Below, piece after piece: positions 13,065-15,907 of a stretch of 15,907 bases of DNA. Made by a program: the position numbers and the translations under genes. The notes beneath the pieces were generated by a model, which made no database searches, was not told the origin of the DNA, and worked only from the letters and a program-made list of their open reading frames with translations. This stretch comes from Ruminococcus albus 7 = DSM 20455 (lineage in GTDB: Bacteria; Bacillota; Clostridia; Oscillospirales; Ruminococcaceae): the NCBI RefSeq assembly GCF_000179635.2, contig NC_014826.1, positions 1 through 15,907 of the forward strand. Reading direction: 5' to 3'. The stretch's first letter is position 1. Each line of letters begins with the position of its first letter.

Positions 13065-13991
13065 ATGGATAATGTGATCGAATTTAAAAACGTATACAAA
13101 AAATATGATTCTGTAAACGTTCTGGAAAATGTAAGCTTTTCTGTGAAAAAACATGATGTATTTGGGTATATCGGTCCTAATGGTGCGGGAAAAACTACTT
13201 CCATTCGTCTTATAACAGGACTCCTTGAACCTACTCAGGGAGAAGTGAAAGTATTTGGAGAAATACCAGAAAAGAATAACATCAAATCCAAAATAGGCTT
13301 TTGTTATGATAATGATGGCCTTTATACTAATCTTACTGCTTTTGAAAATATGTGTTTTTTCGATATAGTGTATAACGATGCTAAGGGAAGAGACAAGAGG
13401 ATAAATGAACTTCTTGCACTGGTAGGGCTTGAAAAGGCAGTGAACAGGAGAGTGAGCGAGTTTTCAAGAGGAATGAAAAAACGTCTTGGTCTTGCCAGAG
13501 CACTTATCTGTTCACCAGAGATCCTTATACTTGATGAACCTATGATAGGTCTTGATCCTGAAGGGCAGGCCGATATAAAACGTATCATTAATAATATAAA
13601 AGATAAATGTACGATATTTCTGAGCTCACATAATCTTAATGATGTGGAGGAGCTTTGCAACAGAGTTGCAATACTTGAGCATCGTATACTTACCGATGGA
13701 CTTCTTTCCGATATCCTTGCAGATGATACTCCTGTTGTAAAAGTAACTTTGAATGAGCCGTGCACGTATGAACGGTTATCTGGCCTTCTTGGATCAGGAG
13801 CAAGTGATATTGAAATATCAGATAAAACAGTAAGAATCAGATTCAGCCAGAAACCGGACCTGAATACTGTAACAGGTTTTCTTATCGATAAAAAGATTGG
13901 ATTTAAAGAAATTGGTATAGTGAACAGTAGTTTAAGAGAAAAATATTTCAGTTTAGTGGATGGAGAGAATCATGAACATGCAGGCAATTAA
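13065..13991 (+). CDS. ABC-2-type exporter ATP-binding protein
   Basis: I place the start at ATG 13065 (MDNVIEFKNV) with a GAGG SD. The track start at 12948 lies inside the previous gene. Walker A GPNGAGKTT, signature FSRGMKKRLGLA, Walker B ILILDEP, H-loop SSHNL. Confidence 0.9.
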   Translation: MDNVIEFKNVYKKYDSVNVLENVSFSVKKHDVFGYIGPNGAGKTTSIRLITGLLEPTQGEVKVFGEIPEKNNIKSKIGFCYDNDGLYTNLTAFENMCFFDIVYNDAKGRDKRINELLALVGLEKAVNRRVSEFSRGMKKRLGLARALICSPEILILDEPMIGLDPEGQADIKRIINNIKDKCTIFLSSHNLNDVEELCNRVAILEHRILTDGLLSDILADDTPVVKVTLNEPCTYERLSGLLGSGASDIEISDKTVRIRFSQKPDLNTVTGFLIDKKIGFKEIGIVNSSLREKYFSLVDGENHEHAGN

Positions 13992-14685
13992 AGCGATAGC
14001 TTATAAGGAAAAGATCTCTGTAAAAAAGAGCATAAAGTCTCTTTTAATCATCAATGTTGTTTTTATATGTATACTGCTTGCGACTTCCATAAAAAAAAGC
14101 AGTGGTTTTCTGGATGAAGGTGTAACTGATGTAAGTAATCTTTTGGTCGGAAGTACAGGCTATGTTTCTATATTTTTATCATTTGTGACATTTATAAGTA
14201 CACTTAAATTCTGGCAGGAAAAAAGTATGGATGCTATTGATTCCCTCTTTTCCCTTCCAGTATCAATAAGAAAAATACTTGTTGGAAAAGTAGCGTTTTC
14301 AATGCTTATTGGAGTTATTGGTTTTGCTGTAGCTTTTATAACAAGCATTATTGTGTACGCGGTTAAATTTAAGGTTTTTGCTTTTTCACCTGTAGCAGCG
14401 CTGTTAATGCTGGCTATATCGCTTCTGCTGAATTTTTCTTATGGTATAATAAACGGTTTCTGTATGTGGCAGCTGTCAGTTGGTAAAGCTAAAATAATTC
14501 AGGGGCTTACATATGTTATTTTCCTTGGAGGTATCATAGGCCTGAATGGATGTATTACTGCTGATGGGATAAATATGAATGTGGTATATGCTTTGATTGC
14601 TGCGGTAATTTTACTTGCAGCCGGAGCAGTATATTCACTAATCCTTGCAAATAAGGAAAAGATAATACTTAATCACATAGAATGA
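13972..14685 (+). CDS. ABC-2-family permease (6 TM)
   Basis: GGAGAG SD before ATG 13972; an alternative ATG at 13960 is in frame. It overlaps the ATPase 3' end. EKSMDAIDSLFSLPVSIRKILVGK motif, typical of ABC-2 permeases, plus multiple TM helices. Confidence 0.8.
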   Translation: MNMQAIKAIAYKEKISVKKSIKSLLIINVVFICILLATSIKKSSGFLDEGVTDVSNLLVGSTGYVSIFLSFVTFISTLKFWQEKSMDAIDSLFSLPVSIRKILVGKVAFSMLIGVIGFAVAFITSIIVYAVKFKVFAFSPVAALLMLAISLLLNFSYGIINGFCMWQLSVGKAKIIQGLTYVIFLGGIIGLNGCITADGINMNVVYALIAAVILLAAGAVYSLILANKEKIILNHIE

Positions 14686-14698
14686 AAGATTATTGTAA

Positions 14699-15424
14699 AT
14701 GACTAATATTATTCAAAGTATAGTAGCGGCCGAAAAAGTACTGATGCTTTTGATCGCCATAGGATATTTTTTTTATTTGAGACAGAAAAGGGTGCTGACT
14801 CATAGCATACCAATAATTATTATCATAGGTATTTGTTCCTGTTTAAATCTTTTTAACCATAATCATGGTGTAATTTACAATGTGATATTTTGTGTCTCAA
14901 ATTTCGCAAAATTATATGTGCTTTCAACTGTAGGATATACCCTCTGGAAACAGAGAAAAACAAGAGCGGGATCAGATGCAAATACAGGTATATTAAGTTT
15001 TATAATACTGCTGACAGTTATGCTGTGCTGGGGACTGCTCATGCGTGTTCTTATTGGATCTCAGATTTCTGAAGGCTATAATGAATATTTAAGAAATTTC
15101 ACAGTCACTTCCGGAACCTTTTTTGTTTTGCTTAATGGTCTGATCATAGGTCCGATATCTGAGGAAATTTACTACAGATGCTTTTACGGTGAAATGTTCA
15201 TGTCATGGACAGACAAAATGAAATACTCCGCAGTCTTTACAATTTTTATTACTGCAATAAGTTTTTCTTTAAGCCATATCAGCATTTATTCAAATGATCT
15301 TATGAAAATGATCCAGGTTTTCCCTATAGGCATCATACTTGGATATGTGAATTATAAAAAAGGCGTTTTATATTCTATCCCGATGCATATACTTTACAAT
15401 ACCGGATTATTGCTGATCAGGTGA
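14699..15424 (+). CDS. CPBP-family (CAAX/Abi) intramembrane glutamic protease
   Basis: SEEIYYR (EExxxR), FSLSH (FxxxH) and HILYN (HxxxN) motifs in a polytopic membrane protein. Confidence 0.85.
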   Translation: MTNIIQSIVAAEKVLMLLIAIGYFFYLRQKRVLTHSIPIIIIIGICSCLNLFNHNHGVIYNVIFCVSNFAKLYVLSTVGYTLWKQRKTRAGSDANTGILSFIILLTVMLCWGLLMRVLIGSQISEGYNEYLRNFTVTSGTFFVLLNGLIIGPISEEIYYRCFYGEMFMSWTDKMKYSAVFTIFITAISFSLSHISIYSNDLMKMIQVFPIGIILGYVNYKKGVLYSIPMHILYNTGLLLIR

Positions 15425-15435
15425 TAAAAAAGCAG

Positions 15436-15673
15436 TACAAGCTGTAACAGACGTGTATTGGCCGTGCGGATTCCCTCAATCTCATTGGATGCCTCCGCAC
15501 TTTGCACCTTTGCTAATCTCAATCAGACGGTCAAGTTCCGCTAGTTTCTGCTTCAGATAAAGCTCCTGCCTACCATTGTATTCATGTATCTGCGCAACAA
15601 GCCTGATGATTTCACTGTCCCAGGAACGACTTGCCAGCTCAATATAATCAAATTTTAAATAGGAGTATTCCAC
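15436..15673 (-). pseudogene. Fic-family protein N-terminal remnant (frameshifted and 3'-truncated)
   Basis: MEYSYLKFDY...AQIHEYNGRQELYLKQKLAELDRLIEI matches the usual Fic N-terminal region. The expected continuation AKVQSAEASNEIEGIRTANTRLLQLV is in the +1 frame (an apparent 1-nt insertion near 15514). Similarity ends near 15436. The Fic core HxFx(D/E)GNGR is absent. Confidence 0.7.
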
Positions 15674-15762
15674 TTCGCTTTCAGAATTTCAGGGGTATTT
15701 CTGAAACAAGTCTCTCACAATTAGAAAACAAACACGAAGTCTTCTTTTACTTATAAAAAATC

Positions 15763-15818
15763 CACCCCTCACGCATTCCAAATGGATTCGTTTGGTGCAT
15801 CGAAAGCGTGAGGGGGTG
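15763..15818 (-). terminator. GC-rich hairpin (CCCCTC family), probable terminator of the gene entering from the right edge
   Basis: CACCCCTCACGC ... GCGTGAGGGGGTG, with one bulged G and a ~31-nt loop containing a CCAAA/TTTGG mini-stem. On the minus strand it is followed by AUUUUUUAU. Confidence 0.5.
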
Positions 15819-15828
15819 TTCTGTATTA

Positions 15829-15907
15829 TTAGAAACGGCGTGATTTGTAGTAGCTTCTTAGGATATTTTCTACTCTTAATTTCCTGTTCCGTCCACCTCT
15901 GACCATT
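15829..15907 (-). CDS. 3' end of an unidentified ORF running off the window (basic tail ...GGRNRKLRVENILRSYYKSRRF)
   Basis: The frame is open to the window edge, with TAA at 15831-15829 just before the 15763-15818 hairpin. Too short to identify. Confidence 0.25.
   Translation of the reverse strand, partial: MVRGGRNRKLRVENILRSYYKSRRF

Larger units (their letters stand above)
5531..15435. other. ~9.9 kb accessory module (quorum-regulated rSAM-RiPP locus) bounded by two gene remnants
   Basis: The left edge coincides with loss of ABC ATPase homology (5531). The right edge coincides with loss of Fic homology about 12 nt after the CPBP stop (about 15436). No terminal repeats found. Confidence 0.4.

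Overview
Low-GC, Firmicutes/Clostridia-style plasmid or mobile-element DNA, in two parts. No rRNA, tRNA or CRISPR array was seen.

(1) Backbone, 1-5530:
- a small serine recombinase (177-941) behind a near-consensus promoter that carries AGTAGTA repeats;
- two translationally coupled membrane proteins on the minus strand (1245-1836);
- a 329-aa Rep-like protein with two winged-helix-like segments (2482-3471, minus). Its ~250-nt predicted leader is covered by a short convergent RNA with its own perfect promoter and terminator;
- an HTH/coiled-coil protein (3922-4626) whose ORF contains an iteron-like GTTGAY array;
- a small membrane ORF and a 5'-truncated ABC ATPase pseudogene.

(2) An accessory module of about 9.9 kb (about 5531-15435). 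It sits between the ABC remnant and a frameshifted, truncated Fic remnant (15436-15673). It encodes:
- a LytTR response regulator plus an AgrC/ComD-type kinase;
- a GyrI-like ligand-binding protein;
- two 100% identical tandem genes for a 68-aa Cys/Gly/Ala-rich peptide;
- two radical SAM/SPASM enzymes;
- an ABC-2 exporter pair and a CPBP intramembrane protease.

This reads as a quorum-regulated radical-SAM RiPP locus (sactipeptide-like). I do not recognise its precursor.

The most informative non-coding signal is a ~66-bp promoter architecture present three times: two 10-bp direct repeats at 21-bp period, then AATSATAG, then exactly 29 bp to the -10. Two copies drive Trp-rich micro-ORFs with Shine-Dalgarno sites (MQDWFDWWGW, MWLWPWLP), which fall below the 60-aa ORF track. 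A 32-bp inverted repeat brackets the precursor genes.
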